From Candidatus Parcubacteria bacterium (GTDB taxonomy: Bacteria; Patescibacteriota; Minisyncoccia; UBA6257; 2-01-FULL-56-20): a stretch of DNA of 64,000 bases. This document shows, in pieces, positions 28,069-37,722 of this stretch. A program made the translations under genes and the position numbers. Each line of letters starts with the position of its first letter. The first letter of the stretch is position 1. Under the pieces are notes generated by a model. That model was not told the origin of the DNA, did not search any database, and saw only the letters and a program-made list of their open reading frames with translations. The stretch covers positions 136,254 to 200,253 of the forward strand of contig DAHVRZ010000001.1 in the NCBI GenBank assembly GCA_027324805.1, given 5' to 3'.

Positions 28069-29595
28069 ATGGACGCAAAGAAGATAGATCTCCGGAATCT
28101 CAAATCCGCCAAACTGCTTTCGTTCCTCCATGTGCGCAATGATGTGGGCGGGCTTGAGATCAGCGACCAGGCGCTGCGTCTTACGTATATCGAAAAGGAG
28201 TCGTGGCATTTTGTTGCCGTTGCGCTTCCTCCCGGTGCTATGGAGCGGGGGATCGTGAAGGATGCTGCCGCGCTTTCGAAGGCACTCGCCGAGCTTCGCG
28301 CGAAGATACCTTCCCTTAAAAGCCGAGCGAAAAAGATGAACGTCGTCGTCTCGCTCGGTTCGGCAAGCGTCTATACCCAGTCATTCACTTTGCCGATTGT
28401 CGAAGGGGCGCAGCTCACAAAGGCGATCAACCTCAATATCCAAATGTCGTCGCCCGACGACCTTGCAACGTCGTATTTCGGTTCGCGCGTGCTCGCGCGC
28501 GACGACGCCGCGATGCGCTTCGAGATCGCGACGGCGTTTATCCAACGGAAGATCGTTGACGACCTCCTCCCCGTCCTTTTTGCCGCGGGATTCGTTGCGA
28601 CCGACGTCGAATCCCGGGCCATCTCGCTCGCGCGGAGCATGCGGATACGCGCCCTTGCTCCGGACCCGTCGAGAGCGTATCTCCTCCTCGACATAGACGA
28701 CACAGGAATCGATTTTCTCGTCATTCGGAAAGGCGAACTGTATTTCGAATATGCGACATCTTGGACGGATATCGCCGATCCGAAAGGACAGGTGACCATG
28801 GAACACTTCAGCGAGGCGGTCGTCGCCAATCTCCGCCAGGTTTCCAACTTCTATAACCAGCATTGGCACGATCCGCTTGCGGGTATCGTCATCATCGCCG
28901 CCGCATTCGCAAAAGAAGCCGAGGCCGCGATCGTCGCGTCGGCGGCGCTTCCCATCATCCCGCCTTCGTTCAGCGACGGGCCGGAGGTGAGGAGCGAGTG
29001 GCTGGCGGCCTACGGCGCCGCGCTCCGCGACGGCGGGAAGGGAGAGATCAGCCTTTCGGGGGACGTCGCTTCAGGGACGTATCAGCGGGAACAAATCCTC
29101 GCCTTCCTCGACTTCTGGCGCGTGCTCGTGCCGGTGACGCTCGGTATTCTCGTTGCCACGCTCGTGGTTGCTTACAATTTTCTCGGTGGGATGGCGGCTC
29201 AGGTGATCGCGAATACGGCCGGCGGGAACCAGAACCAGCTTGAACTGCAGATATCCGCCCTCGATGCATCATCCACTGCGTTCAATCAGGATGTTCAGAT
29301 CGCGCTTGCGGCGGAGGCCGACCAGGACAAAAGCCATACTATTTTCGATGCGATCCAATCGGCTGCCAAGGCGAGCTCGGTGACGCTGAGCCGCGTGACA
29401 TTCCAGGGTCCTTCATCGCCGATAACCATTTCCGGGGTCGCTTCTACGGCGAGCGATATTCAGGAATTCAAAAACCTTCTCAGTTCGAATCAGAAATTCA
29501 GCAGCGTGAATCTTCCGCTCTCCGGCATCCAGCCTTCGGGAAGCATGTACTCGTTCTCAATGACGTTCTCGATCGCAGGAGGCGTGTATCAGTAG
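28069..29595 (+). CDS. PilM-PilN fusion (pilus alignment complex)
   Basis: N-terminal actin-like GLEISD...GIVKD...DVESRAISLAR..LLDID, one TM, C-terminal PilN-like ITISGVAS...FSSVNLPLS. Confidence 0.75.
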   Translation: MDAKKIDLRNLKSAKLLSFLHVRNDVGGLEISDQALRLTYIEKESWHFVAVALPPGAMERGIVKDAAALSKALAELRAKIPSLKSRAKKMNVVVSLGSASVYTQSFTLPIVEGAQLTKAINLNIQMSSPDDLATSYFGSRVLARDDAAMRFEIATAFIQRKIVDDLLPVLFAAGFVATDVESRAISLARSMRIRALAPDPSRAYLLLDIDDTGIDFLVIRKGELYFEYATSWTDIADPKGQVTMEHFSEAVVANLRQVSNFYNQHWHDPLAGIVIIAAAFAKEAEAAIVASAALPIIPPSFSDGPEVRSEWLAAYGAALRDGGKGEISLSGDVASGTYQREQILAFLDFWRVLVPVTLGILVATLVVAYNFLGGMAAQVIANTAGGNQNQLELQISALDASSTAFNQDVQIALAAEADQDKSHTIFDAIQSAAKASSVTLSRVTFQGPSSPITISGVASTASDIQEFKNLLSSNQKFSSVNLPLSGIQPSGSMYSFSMTFSIAGGVYQ

Positions 29596-29618
29596 TGGCG
29601 CTCTTGCGGCCGATATAA

Positions 29619-30167
29619 TCATTTTTCGATACCGAGCCTTTTCGATATTTTTCCGAAGGCCGTTTCGAGCATTTTCATATCGGAAGGGGTGATGGTCGAA
29701 AGTACGAAATCACCCGCCTTTTTTCGGCGCGCTTCGTTCGTGGCGCGGATACCGATGCGGATGCGCAGAAAATCCTCCGTGCCAATATGGGCGACGATCG
29801 AGAGGATGCCTTTGTGCCCCGCCGCCCCGCCGCCCTTCGCGATCCTGAAATCACCGATCGTCAGGTCGCTATCGTCGTGCGCCACTGCAATATCCTCCGG
29901 CGACACCTTGAGCACTTTAAGGACATCCCTTGCCGCCAGTCCGGATTCATTCATGTAGGTTAAGGGCCTTACGAGGGTGACATTTCCTGCGGAGGCGTAT
30001 TCGAAGCTGTCTTTATAGCCCTTGAAATCGAGCGGCCCCGCTCCGGGCGCGAGATCTGCGGCAATGAAGGGGAGCGAAAGCACCCCTGCATTATGGTAGG
30101 TATGTTCATACTCACGGCCCGGGTTGCCGAGGCCGATGATCACTTTGACTTGCGCAGTGCGTATCAT
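29619..30167 (-). CDS. pth: Peptidyl-tRNA hydrolase
   Basis: GLGNPGREYEHTYHNAG, PLTYMNESG, HDDSDL, GHKG, RIRIGI. Confidence 0.95.
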   Translation of the reverse strand: MIRTAQVKVIIGLGNPGREYEHTYHNAGVLSLPFIAADLAPGAGPLDFKGYKDSFEYASAGNVTLVRPLTYMNESGLAARDVLKVLKVSPEDIAVAHDDSDLTIGDFRIAKGGGAAGHKGILSIVAHIGTEDFLRIRIGIRATNEARRKKAGDFVLSTITPSDMKMLETAFGKISKRLGIEK

Positions 30168-30191
30168 CTTCTTTATAATGGTACTACTTAT

Positions 30192-30764
30192 ATGAGGAAA
30201 TTTTTAGCGTCGCTCCTTGAGGTGGTAGAGATCGCAGTCATTGCCGTAGGAGCGGTCTTCGTTATACGGGCGTTCCTCGTCCAGCCGTTCCTCGTGAGCG
30301 GAACGAGCATGTACCCGATGCTTCATGACGGCAACTACCTCCTTATCGACGAACTCACCTACCGCATCCGCCCGCCCGCCCGCGGCGAAATCATCGTTTT
30401 CCATGATCCCCAGGATTATTCCACCTATTTCGTAAAGCGGATCATCGGGCTCCCTGGCGACCGTGTGGTGATCAATAACGGAACGATCACCATTTACGAC
30501 AGCCAGCATCCGAATGGTTTCGTCCTTGATGAAACCTACCTCCCTCCCGGAACGGATACGTCCGGCCATTATGACGTAACCGTGCCTCAAGGCGATTATT
30601 ACGTATTGGGCGACAACCGTCCATTGAGTTACGACTCGAGGAGTTGGGGCTTCATGCCGGCGGCGAACATCGTCGGTCTCGTACGATTCCGCCTTTGGCC
30701 GCTCAATCAGATGTCGGTGTTCTCCGCGCCGACCTATCCGAGTTCCACCGTCGGAGGCTCGTAA
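30192..30764 (+). CDS. lepB: Signal peptidase I
   Basis: VSGTSMYP (Ser), FVKRIIGLPGD (Lys), GDNRPLSYDSR. Confidence 0.95.
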   Translation: MRKFLASLLEVVEIAVIAVGAVFVIRAFLVQPFLVSGTSMYPMLHDGNYLLIDELTYRIRPPARGEIIVFHDPQDYSTYFVKRIIGLPGDRVVINNGTITIYDSQHPNGFVLDETYLPPGTDTSGHYDVTVPQGDYYVLGDNRPLSYDSRSWGFMPAANIVGLVRFRLWPLNQMSVFSAPTYPSSTVGGS

Positions 30765-30793
30765 AATCCATATCACTAATTTTATCCCGCGCT

Positions 30794-32146
30794 ATGTCTC
30801 CCAACAACGACGCCAAAAAAGAAAAAGAGAAGGATCAGGCGGCAGCGCGCTCATTCCAGGCAGTGAAGGGGATGCACGATGTGCTCCCTGTGGATGAGCC
30901 GTATTGGGAAAAGATCGAAGGCGCCGCCCGCGGGCTTGCCAGGAGATACGGCTTTTCCCGTATTGAACCTCCGGTCCTCGAATTTGCCGAGCTTTATAAC
31001 AAGACCTCCGGCGAAGCGACCGATGTGGTCCAAAAAGAGATGTACACTCTTAAAACGAAGGGCGGCGATTTCCTTGCGCTTCGGCCTGAATATACGCCGG
31101 GGATCGCCCGGGCTTATATGGAGCATGGAATGTCGCGCCTTCCCCAGCCTCAACGCCTTATCGCAATGGGACCGATCTTCCGCCACGAGCGGCCCCAGCT
31201 CGGTCGCGCGCGCCAGTTCACCCAGATCGACCTTGAGACGCTTGGCGGAGTGAGCGACCCGATGTACGACGCGGAGACCATCTCGTTCTTCAGCGATCTC
31301 CTCGCCGAACTCAAGATCAAAGCTCCGATCCTCAGACTGAATTCGATCGGCTGCCGCGTCTGCCGCCCTATCTACAAAAAGCAGCTCATCACCTATTATA
31401 AATCCCATGAGGCCGAGCTTTGCGATGACTGCCGCTCGCGCCTCGAATCGAATCCCTTGCGCCTCCTCGACTGCAAAGAACCCGAGTGCGAGAAGCTCAA
31501 GGCCGATGCGCCGAGCATCCTCGATAAGCTGTGCATCACGTGCAGCAACCACTTCAAAGAAGTGCTCGAATACCTTGATGAAGTGAAGATCCCGTATGAG
31601 CTTGATCCGCGGCTTGTGCGCGGACTCGATTACTATAGCCGTACCGTTTTCGAATTCTATGCTTCCGGTCCGGAGGAGGAAATCGGTGCCGTCGCGGCGG
31701 GCGGACGGTATGATTACCTCATGGAAACGATCGGCGGACACATCACGCCTGCAATAGGCGGCGCATCCGGCGTTGAACGGCTCATTGCCGTCATGCGCGC
31801 GAAAGAGATCGCACCGAACGGGAACGGTTCTTCCAATGGTGCCGGCATTGCGTCCAAACGGGTGTTCTTCGCTCATGCCGGCGATCTTTCCAGGAAGCGT
31901 TCCTTCGCGCTTGTGAAAATGCTCCGCGAAAAAGGCTTTATGGTCTCTGAATCGCTTGCCAAGGATTCGCTCGGCAACCAGCTTAAGGTAGCCGACAAGG
32001 AAGGTATCGGCCTCGCGCTCATCCTCGGTCAGAAGGAAATGTACGAGAATACGGTGATCCTGCGCGATCTTACGAGCGGCATCCAGGAGGAGCTGTCCGT
32101 TGATCGCTTGGTTGACGAGCTTAAAAGGCGGCTTTCGATGAAATAG
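30794..32146 (+). CDS. hisS: Histidine--tRNA ligase
   Basis: VKGMHD, LRPEYT, FRHERPQ.GR.RQF, RGLDYY, GGRYD. Confidence 0.96.
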   Translation: MSPNNDAKKEKEKDQAAARSFQAVKGMHDVLPVDEPYWEKIEGAARGLARRYGFSRIEPPVLEFAELYNKTSGEATDVVQKEMYTLKTKGGDFLALRPEYTPGIARAYMEHGMSRLPQPQRLIAMGPIFRHERPQLGRARQFTQIDLETLGGVSDPMYDAETISFFSDLLAELKIKAPILRLNSIGCRVCRPIYKKQLITYYKSHEAELCDDCRSRLESNPLRLLDCKEPECEKLKADAPSILDKLCITCSNHFKEVLEYLDEVKIPYELDPRLVRGLDYYSRTVFEFYASGPEEEIGAVAAGGRYDYLMETIGGHITPAIGGASGVERLIAVMRAKEIAPNGNGSSNGAGIASKRVFFAHAGDLSRKRSFALVKMLREKGFMVSESLAKDSLGNQLKVADKEGIGLALILGQKEMYENTVILRDLTSGIQEELSVDRLVDELKRRLSMK

Positions 32147-32187
32147 CGTCCTTGCCAAATGCGGCCGGCTCGTATATACTCCTCCTC

Positions 32188-32403
32188 ATGGCTATAGAAG
32201 TACGGAAAAAGGACGGCGATTCGCCGAATGCGATCCTCTACAACTTCACCCGGCGGGTGAAGCGCAGCGGCATCCTCAAAGAGGTCCGCAGCAGAAAGTA
32301 TCATGACCGCCCTATGAGCCGCATCAAGCGGCGCGCTTCAGCGATCCATCGCGAAGAGAAGAGGGCGGATATCGAGCGGCAGAAAAAGCTCGGACTTATC
32401 TAA
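32188..32403 (+). CDS. rpsU: 30S ribosomal protein bS21
   Basis: Basic 71-aa protein, FTRRVKRSGILKEVRSRKYH; synteny with yqeY. Confidence 0.8.
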   Translation: MAIEVRKKDGDSPNAILYNFTRRVKRSGILKEVRSRKYHDRPMSRIKRRASAIHREEKRADIERQKKLGLI

Positions 32404-32463
32404 TATCTCCAAGATCGCCCATTGGGCGGTGCGGGTTCGGCGGTCATTCCACCATAAGAACCT

Positions 32464-32913
32464 ATGTCTCTCATCCAGAAACTTACCGATGATATGAAGG
32501 CCGCCATGAAGAGCGGTGATCATGGACGCCTCGAAACGGTACGTTTTGCTCTTTCGGGATTGAGGTCTGCGGAAAAGGAGAAGCAGGCGAAAGATCCCAC
32601 GGCCGAGCTTACCGATGACGAAGCAGTTTCCGTGCTTCAGAAGGAGGCGAAGCGTCGCAAGGAATCCATTGAACTTTTCAGGCAAGGAGGCCGCACCGAT
32701 CTCGCTTCCAAAGAGGAGGCAGATCTCGCGATCATCGCGGAATATCTGCCGAAGGAACTTTCGCGCCAGGAGATCGCTGCGATTGTGGAGAAGGCCCATG
32801 TGGCCGGTGCCAATGATTTCTCCTCGCTCATGCGTGAAACAATGAAAGAGGTGAAGGGCCGTGCCGACGGCAAGCTCGTGGGGGAGGTTATCAAGGAGAA
32901 ATTGGGAGCATAA
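32464..32913 (+). CDS. GatB/YqeY domain protein
   Basis: DMKAAMKSGD, KEAKRRKESIE.F..GGR.DL, YLP, GRADGK. Confidence 0.92.
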   Translation: MSLIQKLTDDMKAAMKSGDHGRLETVRFALSGLRSAEKEKQAKDPTAELTDDEAVSVLQKEAKRRKESIELFRQGGRTDLASKEEADLAIIAEYLPKELSRQEIAAIVEKAHVAGANDFSSLMRETMKEVKGRADGKLVGEVIKEKLGA

Positions 32914-32933
32914 AGGCTCGAACGCGAACGACC

Positions 32934-33320
32934 ATGCCTGTCTGGACGGAAGCGAAACTTCACATACTTGCCAAATCGCTCCTGAAGCGGCTTAAGGTGA
33001 ACGGCGGCGTCCTCGATATTTTTCTCCTGAAGGACGCCGACATCGCCGCCCTTAAGGCGCGATTCATAAAGAAGAAAACCGAGCCCAATGTACTTTCCTT
33101 CAAAGAGCCTCTCGCATTCCCGCATCCGGAGCTCAAGAAGGGCAAGTATCTCGGCGAGGTATATCTCAACAAAGACATCCTGAGACGCGAACCTGAACGC
33201 GCGGCGCCATTGCTCCTGCACGGTATTCTTCATCTTCTCGGCCACGATCACGAGAAAAAGACGGACGCCAAAAAGATGGAAGAGGTTGAAAAGAAAATTT
33301 TGGAGGGGTTGGAGAGGTAA
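32934..33320 (+). CDS. ybeY: rRNA maturation RNase YbeY
   Basis: NVLSF, LGEVY, HGILHLLGHDH zinc motif. Confidence 0.9.
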   Translation: MPVWTEAKLHILAKSLLKRLKVNGGVLDIFLLKDADIAALKARFIKKKTEPNVLSFKEPLAFPHPELKKGKYLGEVYLNKDILRREPERAAPLLLHGILHLLGHDHEKKTDAKKMEEVEKKILEGLER

Positions 33321-33383
33321 GGGCCGCCGCAAGGCGGCTTTTGCACAGTTCCTTTTGGCCGTCTTTCCTGATAAAATAGTGGT

Positions 33384-34634
33384 ATGAAATTCAAGGGATT
33401 CGGCGGCGGGAGCGATCTCATTACGGGGCTCGATATCGGCACCTCATCCCTTAAGCTCGTTGTCGCCGAATGCCGCGGCCGCAGGCCGACGGTTCTGCAT
33501 GTCTATGAAGAGCCGGCGCTCGGTTTGCGCAAGGGCGCAGTGATCGATCTTGGCGAGGCATCGCAGGCGATCAACCGCGCGATCGCCGAGGCGAGGAAGG
33601 TTTCCAAACAGGCGACGAAGAACATTTATGTGAGCATCGGGACGCCTCAGGCGAAGATGCAGATCTCGCGCGGCATCGTCGCCGTCTCCCGTGCGGATGC
33701 CGAAATTTATCAGGACGACATCGACCGCGCCGTGCGCGCGTCGCAGGCAGTGAACCTTCCGCAGAACCGGACGATCATCCATACGCTGACCAAGGAGTTC
33801 ATGGTGGACGGCGTCGGCGACATTGTGGATCCGCTCGGCCTTTCCGGTTCGCGGCTCGAGGTGCAGTCGCTTATCATTGACGCGTTCTCGCCGCATATCA
33901 AATCGCTCATCCGCGCGGTCGAACTTGCCGGGGGCGATGTGAGCGGACTCGTCTTCGGACCGCTCGTTGCTGCGCGCGCGGCGCTTTCGAAGCGACAGCG
34001 CGACCTTGGCACCGCGCTCATAGACCTCGGCTTCGGCACGACCGGCCTCGTTGCCTACGAAGAGAACCGCCTGCTCGGCGTCGCGAAGTTTCCGGTCGGC
34101 GCCGGCAATATTTCAAATGACCTTGCCGTCGGACTCAAGATCCCGGTGGATGCCGCCGAGGAAGTGAAGCTTCACTACGGTTACGCGCTTTCGCGGGAAG
34201 TGGGCGCGAAGGAATCCGTCGAGCTTGCGAAATTCGTTCCCGAAGCGAAGGCTGCCGTTTCCCGCCGGTTCATCTCCGAGATCATCGAATCGCGCCTCGA
34301 AGAGGTGTTCGACCTCGTGAACAACGAGCTCAAGCTCCTGCAGAAGTTCGGCCAGCTGCCCGGCGGCGTTGTGCTTGTGGGCGGCGGCGCGAAACTTCCG
34401 GGCGTCACCGATCTCGTAAAGCAGGAGATGAAGCTTGCGGCACAGATCGGATTCACGCTTTCCGAAGAATGGGAAGCGGAGGGAGGAGCGTTCAAAGAGT
34501 ATCTCGAAGATCCCTCCTTTGCCGCGGCGTTCGGGCTTGTGCTTTGGGGTATGGATTCCGAAGGGCGGACGGGCAACGACACCAATAATACGCGTGCAGG
34601 GCTTAAGAATTTCTTCAACTATTTCACTCCATAG
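33384..34634 (+). CDS. ftsA: Cell division protein FtsA
   Basis: GLDIGTS, GLRKG, DLGFGTT, LVGGGAKLPG; adjacent to ftsZ. Confidence 0.96.
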   Translation: MKFKGFGGGSDLITGLDIGTSSLKLVVAECRGRRPTVLHVYEEPALGLRKGAVIDLGEASQAINRAIAEARKVSKQATKNIYVSIGTPQAKMQISRGIVAVSRADAEIYQDDIDRAVRASQAVNLPQNRTIIHTLTKEFMVDGVGDIVDPLGLSGSRLEVQSLIIDAFSPHIKSLIRAVELAGGDVSGLVFGPLVAARAALSKRQRDLGTALIDLGFGTTGLVAYEENRLLGVAKFPVGAGNISNDLAVGLKIPVDAAEEVKLHYGYALSREVGAKESVELAKFVPEAKAAVSRRFISEIIESRLEEVFDLVNNELKLLQKFGQLPGGVVLVGGGAKLPGVTDLVKQEMKLAAQIGFTLSEEWEAEGGAFKEYLEDPSFAAAFGLVLWGMDSEGRTGNDTNNTRAGLKNFFNYFTP

Positions 34635-34668
34635 TGTTTTTGTGCTAGCATCATAGAAACAAGCGACC

Positions 34669-36051
34669 ATGGCCAAGGGGAAATCACGTCACAAGAACTC
34701 ACATCGCGCAAGTTCGTATCGTGCGAAGCCGGAGAAGAAATTCTTCCAGCCGCTTTCGGCAAACGTGAAGGTGATCGGCATCGGCGGGGGAGGCGGCAAT
34801 GCCGTCGCCCGCATGGCGAAGGATTTCTACCGCGGCGTCGATTTTGTCGCCATCAACACCGACCATCAGGATCTCGACCACTGCGAGGTCAAAACGAAGC
34901 TGTATATAGGAAAAGGCCTGACGAAAGGTCTTGGTACGGGTATGAACCCCGACCTCGGCCGCCAGGCGGCGGAGGAGAACCGTTCGGAGATCAGCGAGGT
35001 GGTGCAGGGCGTGGACCTCGTGTTCCTCGCGGCGGGACTCGGCGGCGGGACCGGAACGGGTGCGACGCCGGTCATTGCGGAAACCGCGAAACAGGCGGGC
35101 GCGCTCACTATTGCCGTCGTCACAAAGCCATTCGCCTTCGAGGGTTCGCAGCGAGAACGTCTCGCGAACGAGGGACTTCTTAAGTTGCGCGACAAGGTTG
35201 ATGCGCTGATTGTCGTCCCGAATGACCGCATTTTCACCGTTATCAGCAAGGACACTCCTATCGTGAAGGCATTCGAGGCGATCGACGAGATCCTCCGCAA
35301 CGCATTGAAGGGTCTTGTGGAAATGATCGCCATGCCGGGCATCATCAATGTGGACTTTGCCGACGTGAAGAACATCATGCAGGACGCAGGCATCGCCATC
35401 ATCGGCGTTGGCCGTGCGACCGGCGCGGACCGTGCCGTGAAGGCCGTCACTGCCGCGCTCCATTCCCCGCTTCTCGAAACGAGCCCCGATGGCGCGAAGG
35501 CGGTCCTTCTTGGCATAACGGGAGGGCGAGACCTCAAGATGGCCGAAGTGAACGATGCGGCGAAGATCGTTGCGCAAACCGCCGATCCCGGCGCACGCAT
35601 CATCTTTGGGGCTTATTATGATCGCACCATGCCTGCGGGCCAGCTCAAGGTTACGGTGATTGCGGCGGGTTTCAATGGATCGCAGAACGGCTCGCTTTTC
35701 GGCAATAACCCTTACGAATCGCGTCAGAGCGTCTTTGGCCGTCCCGGTTTCGAAACTTCCGCGCTTGGCATAAAGAAGCAATCCACTCCGGTGACCATGT
35801 CCGAACGGAGCGGTTTCGGCGGCGGTTCTTCCAATAAGGAGACCACCGTTCATGCACGCGGCGAAGAGTCCGCCGACGAGCTTGTCGCCCAACAGAGGGT
35901 CAGTTCCACGCCCACCCCGATGGCATCATCGAACGGGCAGAAAGGCGACACCTCATCAAAGAACGGCGGGGTTCCTTCAATGAATTCCAATAAGGAAAAA
36001 GAGAGCGATGCGTGGGACATTCCCGCATTTCTAAGAAGGAGAAAGCGATAA
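34669..36051 (+). CDS. ftsZ: Cell division protein FtsZ
   Basis: GGGGGNA, GGGTGTG tubulin signature, INVDFADV, C-terminal DIPAFLR. Confidence 0.98.
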   Translation: MAKGKSRHKNSHRASSYRAKPEKKFFQPLSANVKVIGIGGGGGNAVARMAKDFYRGVDFVAINTDHQDLDHCEVKTKLYIGKGLTKGLGTGMNPDLGRQAAEENRSEISEVVQGVDLVFLAAGLGGGTGTGATPVIAETAKQAGALTIAVVTKPFAFEGSQRERLANEGLLKLRDKVDALIVVPNDRIFTVISKDTPIVKAFEAIDEILRNALKGLVEMIAMPGIINVDFADVKNIMQDAGIAIIGVGRATGADRAVKAVTAALHSPLLETSPDGAKAVLLGITGGRDLKMAEVNDAAKIVAQTADPGARIIFGAYYDRTMPAGQLKVTVIAAGFNGSQNGSLFGNNPYESRQSVFGRPGFETSALGIKKQSTPVTMSERSGFGGGSSNKETTVHARGEESADELVAQQRVSSTPTPMASSNGQKGDTSSKNGGVPSMNSNKEKESDAWDIPAFLRRRKR

Positions 36052-36080
36052 AAAATACCCGCAAGTAGCGGGTATTTTTT
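36049..36080. terminator. Bidirectional terminator ftsZ/rmuC
   Basis: AAAAAATACCCGC-AAGTA-GCGGGTATTTTTT. Confidence 0.85.
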
Positions 36081-37140
36081 ATTCGACCTCTTTCTCCTTC
36101 AAGCCCTCGGCGATCTCTTTTGTCTCTTCCGTTTCGATGGTTCCGATCTTCGTAACGTCCTTCTCTATCTTCGCAAATTCCTTTGAAGCCGTCTGATACG
36201 CATTGGTCGTCGTTGCGAGATGCGTGCCGATTTTTTCGAGATATTCCTCATATTTCACAAGGTGCCGCTGGAGTTCGCCCACTCCCTTGATGATCTGCTG
36301 TGCCGATTTGTTTATCTGCATCTGCCGAAGGCCCTGATATACCATCTGGAGGTATGCATAGAATGTGGTGGGAGAGACGGGATAGACGCGTTTCTCCGCA
36401 GCGTACTGTATAAGGTCGCGCTCGCCGGCCATGCCGATCTTATTGATAAGGAGGTCGTAGTAGAGCGCCTCGGAAGGGATGAACATGAATGCGAAGTCCA
36501 CCGTATCCTCGCCCGGCTTGATGTATTTCGATGTTTCGTCTATCCGCATTTTAAGATCGGCGCGGAGCGCATCGTTGTAACGCTTGCGCTCTTCGTCCGT
36601 CGCCGCAGAGGCAAGGCGATTATAGTTTTCGAGCGAGAATTTTGAATCGATGGGGATCACCTTGTCCTGGTAGAAAATGACCGCATCCACTTTGGAATTA
36701 TCCTTGAATGGATATTGGAGTTGGTAAGCGCCCGGTGCGAGGACGTTCTTGAGGACGTTCTCCAGAAAATATTCGCCGAGGATGCCGCGTTGCTTTGTGT
36801 TTTTTAATATGTCATTCAGATTGCGAAGCTGGTCGTTCAGCGCACCGATCTGCTTTTGCCCTTCGGCGACTTTCGTGAGTTCCGTTGTCACCTCGCGAAC
36901 GATCCGCGCACTTTCGCCCGCCTGTGCGATCGTTGTCCTTGTGGCGTCGCTCACGCGTGCGTCAAGGGTGCGCGTCAGCTCATGCATCTGCAGTTCCAAC
37001 CGCTTTTGCTGGTCCTGAATCTGATTTTGTATAAGTAGGAGGGAATTGTCCTCGTGCTTTTCGGGTTTTGCCGGTCTCCAAAGCCGCCACGTTATGAATG
37101 CAAAGAAGGCGGCGATCACAATAAGGAGCGTGAGTTCCAT
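36079..37140 (-). CDS. rmuC: DNA recombination protein RmuC
   Basis: N-terminal TM and coiled coil, RGILGE, IPIDSKF, FAFMFIPSE, VSPTT. Confidence 0.92.
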   Translation of the reverse strand: MELTLLIVIAAFFAFITWRLWRPAKPEKHEDNSLLLIQNQIQDQQKRLELQMHELTRTLDARVSDATRTTIAQAGESARIVREVTTELTKVAEGQKQIGALNDQLRNLNDILKNTKQRGILGEYFLENVLKNVLAPGAYQLQYPFKDNSKVDAVIFYQDKVIPIDSKFSLENYNRLASAATDEERKRYNDALRADLKMRIDETSKYIKPGEDTVDFAFMFIPSEALYYDLLINKIGMAGERDLIQYAAEKRVYPVSPTTFYAYLQMVYQGLRQMQINKSAQQIIKGVGELQRHLVKYEEYLEKIGTHLATTTNAYQTASKEFAKIEKDVTKIGTIETEETKEIAEGLKEKEVE

Positions 37141-37168
37141 ATATGGCTATTTTATCATGTTTGCAAAA

Positions 37169-37195
37169 CAAAAACGCCCCGAGGGGGCGTTTTTG
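37169..37195 (-). terminator. Intrinsic terminator after RRM gene
   Basis: CAAAAACGCCCC-GAG-GGGGCGTTTTTG. Confidence 0.8.
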
Positions 37196-37213
37196 GCACC
37201 GTCACACCGGCAA

Positions 37214-37516
37214 TTACTGCCAGTTGCGACCGCCACCGAAGCCGCCTTCGCGGCGCGGGGGACGGGCCTCGAGGGGTTTGGCCTCGTTCACGGTGAGCTT
37301 GCGCCCGCCGAAATCGTTGCCATTCCACATCTCGATGGCCTTCTGCGCATCATCATCGGACGCCATTTCGACGAAACCGAAGCCGCGCGAGCGACCAGTC
37401 ATCTTGTCCGTGATAATACTCGAGGACACGACAGAACCGGCCTTCGCAAACGCCTCCTGGAGTTCATCCTGGGTGGTCGAGTAGGGAAGTCCTCCGACGT
37501 AAAGTTTTGTAGCCAT
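37214..37516 (-). CDS. RRM RNA-binding protein
   Basis: RNP2 LYVGGL, RNP1 RGFGFVEM, Gly-rich tail. Confidence 0.95.
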   Translation of the reverse strand: MATKLYVGGLPYSTTQDELQEAFAKAGSVVSSSIITDKMTGRSRGFGFVEMASDDDAQKAIEMWNGNDFGGRKLTVNEAKPLEARPPRREGGFGGGRNWQ

Positions 37517-37722
37517 TCAAATGCTGTCTCTTTGTGTAAGGCGACCTTACTTCTCTTCTGCTGCTCTACCGAAGGCAGGCCGCGGAACACGCGAACGCCT
37601 GGCGAATGCAAACCTCTAAGAACACTTACAACGTTTTCTATTATACCATAAGCACTTTGGACAATGCAAGTGGCATTGCGTCAATCGTCCATTTGCGTCG
37701 TATTATCTATATAATCAATCCT

